From IMG/VR virus record IMGVR_UViG_3300045988_140792, positions 1-62,696 of that record: a stretch of DNA of 62,696 nucleotides; one strand, written 5' to 3'. The DNA is from a virus. The notes under the pieces are model-generated. The model did no database searches and had not been told where the DNA came from. It saw nothing but the letters and a program-made list of their open reading frames with translations. The position numbers were made by a program, and so were the translations under genes. Each line of letters starts with the position of its first letter. Within the stretch, counting starts at the first letter, position 1. Positions 61,976 through 62,696 of this stretch are shown here, piece by piece.

Positions 61976-62696
61976 ATGAAAACAGATGGCTACATATTTA
62001 CTCCAGAGCTGTTGCAGTGGCGTTACTTCCATCGTCCTGTGGTCGTTCAGGTGCTCATCCATGTGCTCCTCTCCTCCGCTCACAACGAGGCTTCCGCTGC
62101 AACCCTCTCCTATCGTGATTTGGCTCTACAGCTCCATACCACGGTCAAGACCATCCGTGTCGCCATCGATGTGCTCATAGCCGAGAAAATCATCACCAAG
62201 TGCTCTGCTCCAAGAGCCTCAACTAAACTCTACGTTAACAGTTCTCACCCCCTATCCCACTGCATCATACCGTGGCAAAGAGACCAAGGGGCACAGGTTA
62301 CGGCACACTTCGGGGCACAGATTGGGGCACAATCAAGGGCACAGATTCAATCTTCCGAAGTTCCTTTAAATAAAGGCGATTCCGAAGATTCTAAAACTAG
62401 CAATGGCACAGATAAGGGCACAATTAAGGGCACGAAGAGGGCACAATCTAGGGCACAGCCAAAACAAGGGGCACAGCCAAGGGCACAATCTAGGGCACAG
62501 ATTTCACACTTCGAAACCCCTTTAAATAAAGGTGATTCCGAAGATTTAGAGATAGTCAAGGGCACAGATAAGGACATAGCCAAGGGCACAGAAGTAAGAG
62601 AAAAGAAACAAATAAAAGAAAATCTTTCCCCTGAAACCCCTATAAAAGAAAACAAACAAAGAAAAGAGAAAGCCCACCCCCAAACACAAAAAAAAG
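61976..62696 (+). CDS. Replication initiator / replisome-organizer candidate, N-terminal part (the gene wraps around the junction and ends at 740)
   Basis: ATG at 61976. The frame stays open to the window end and continues in the same phase into 1..740 via the 75-bp overlap, giving about 461 aa in total. The N-terminus (MKTDGYIFTPELLQWRYF...TIRVAIDVLIAEKII) looks like a winged-helix DNA-binding domain. The middle part is encoded by 12-bp iterons (GAQx repeats). Confidence 0.6.
   Translation, partial: MKTDGYIFTPELLQWRYFHRPVVVQVLIHVLLSSAHNEASAATLSYRDLALQLHTTVKTIRVAIDVLIAEKIITKCSAPRASTKLYVNSSHPLSHCIIPWQRDQGAQVTAHFGAQIGAQSRAQIQSSEVPLNKGDSEDSKTSNGTDKGTIKGTKRAQSRAQPKQGAQPRAQSRAQISHFETPLNKGDSEDLEIVKGTDKDIAKGTEVREKKQIKENLSPETPIKENKQRKEKAHPQTQKK
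62288..62591. repeat. Iteron array. About 16 copies of a 12-bp unit with core GGGCACA lie in three clusters, separated by two copies of a ~30-bp element (CCTTTAAATAAAGGyGATTCCGAAGATT).
   Basis: Core starts are near 62288, 62302, 62312, 62324, 62337; then 62405, 62416, 62428, 62439, 62451, 62468, 62481, 62493; then 62560, 62572 (degenerate) and 62584. Spacing is mostly 11-12 bp. The spacer element occurs at about 62361..62390 and 62518..62547. Confidence 0.85.
62622..62696. repeat. Second copy of the 75-bp terminal overlap
   Basis: Identical to 1..75. Confidence 0.95.

Noticed and set aside
62288-62591. A CRISPR-like array, because of the many short direct repeats.
   Set aside because: The repeat unit is only 12 bp with no unique spacers of CRISPR size. 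The repeats are in frame within an ORF, and no cas genes are present. The pattern fits iterons.
62347-62655. A 102-aa minus-strand ORF across the iteron region.
   Set aside because: It is antisense to the wrap-around initiator gene. Its repetitive translation simply mirrors the iterons.
1-62696. A whole-window search for a reverse transcriptase or DGR template/variable repeats, retron-like structures, cas genes, rRNA, complete tRNAs, transposases or IS ends, and signs of stop-codon reassignment.
   Set aside because: None was found. All long ORFs close with standard stops, the genes tile the genome well under the standard code, and the only recombinase is the tyrosine integrase.

Overview
The window is a complete, circularly closed genome of a temperate dsDNA phage. 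Bases 1..75 are identical to 62622..62696, so the unit length is 62,621 bp. The host is probably a Bacteroidota member such as Prevotella or Bacteroides. The evidence is TAnnTTTG-type -7 promoter boxes, no obvious Shine-Dalgarno sites, and a Bacteroidetes-style tyrosine integrase with an N-terminal arm-binding domain. Layout: (i) A plus-strand early/replication block runs from about 57840, across the window junction, to about 6150. It includes an iteron-containing replication-initiator gene that wraps around the window ends, a VRR-NUC nuclease, an ASCH protein and a stand-alone C5 cytosine methyltransferase. (ii) A plus-strand block at 6277..10664 sits behind a late-type promoter and ends in a 956-aa protein. 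(iii) A long minus-strand late block holds the lysis cassette (holin, GH19 endolysin, u-spanin candidate), tail fibers, major capsid protein and scaffold. (iv) A plus-strand insert carries a rhomboid-like membrane protease and the large terminase. (v) Next come the portal candidate and a single 5,740-aa ORF (17.2 kb, 27% of the genome) with several enzyme-like segments, which looks like a polyvalent virion/ejection protein. (vi) A lysogeny module holds the integrase, three AT-rich accessory genes and a double-HTH repressor. The most notable non-coding signal is a 14-bp perfect palindrome, AAGTTGCGCAACTT, at fixed spacing from -7 boxes at five sites, two of them bidirectional. Other non-coding signals are about 16 in-frame 12-bp iterons (candidate origin), a thrice-repeated hairpin with compensatory changes, and a tRNA 3'-end-like segment (candidate attP core). 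No CRISPR array, reverse transcriptase, complete tRNA or rRNA was seen. All functional calls come from reading motifs by eye. No database search was run.
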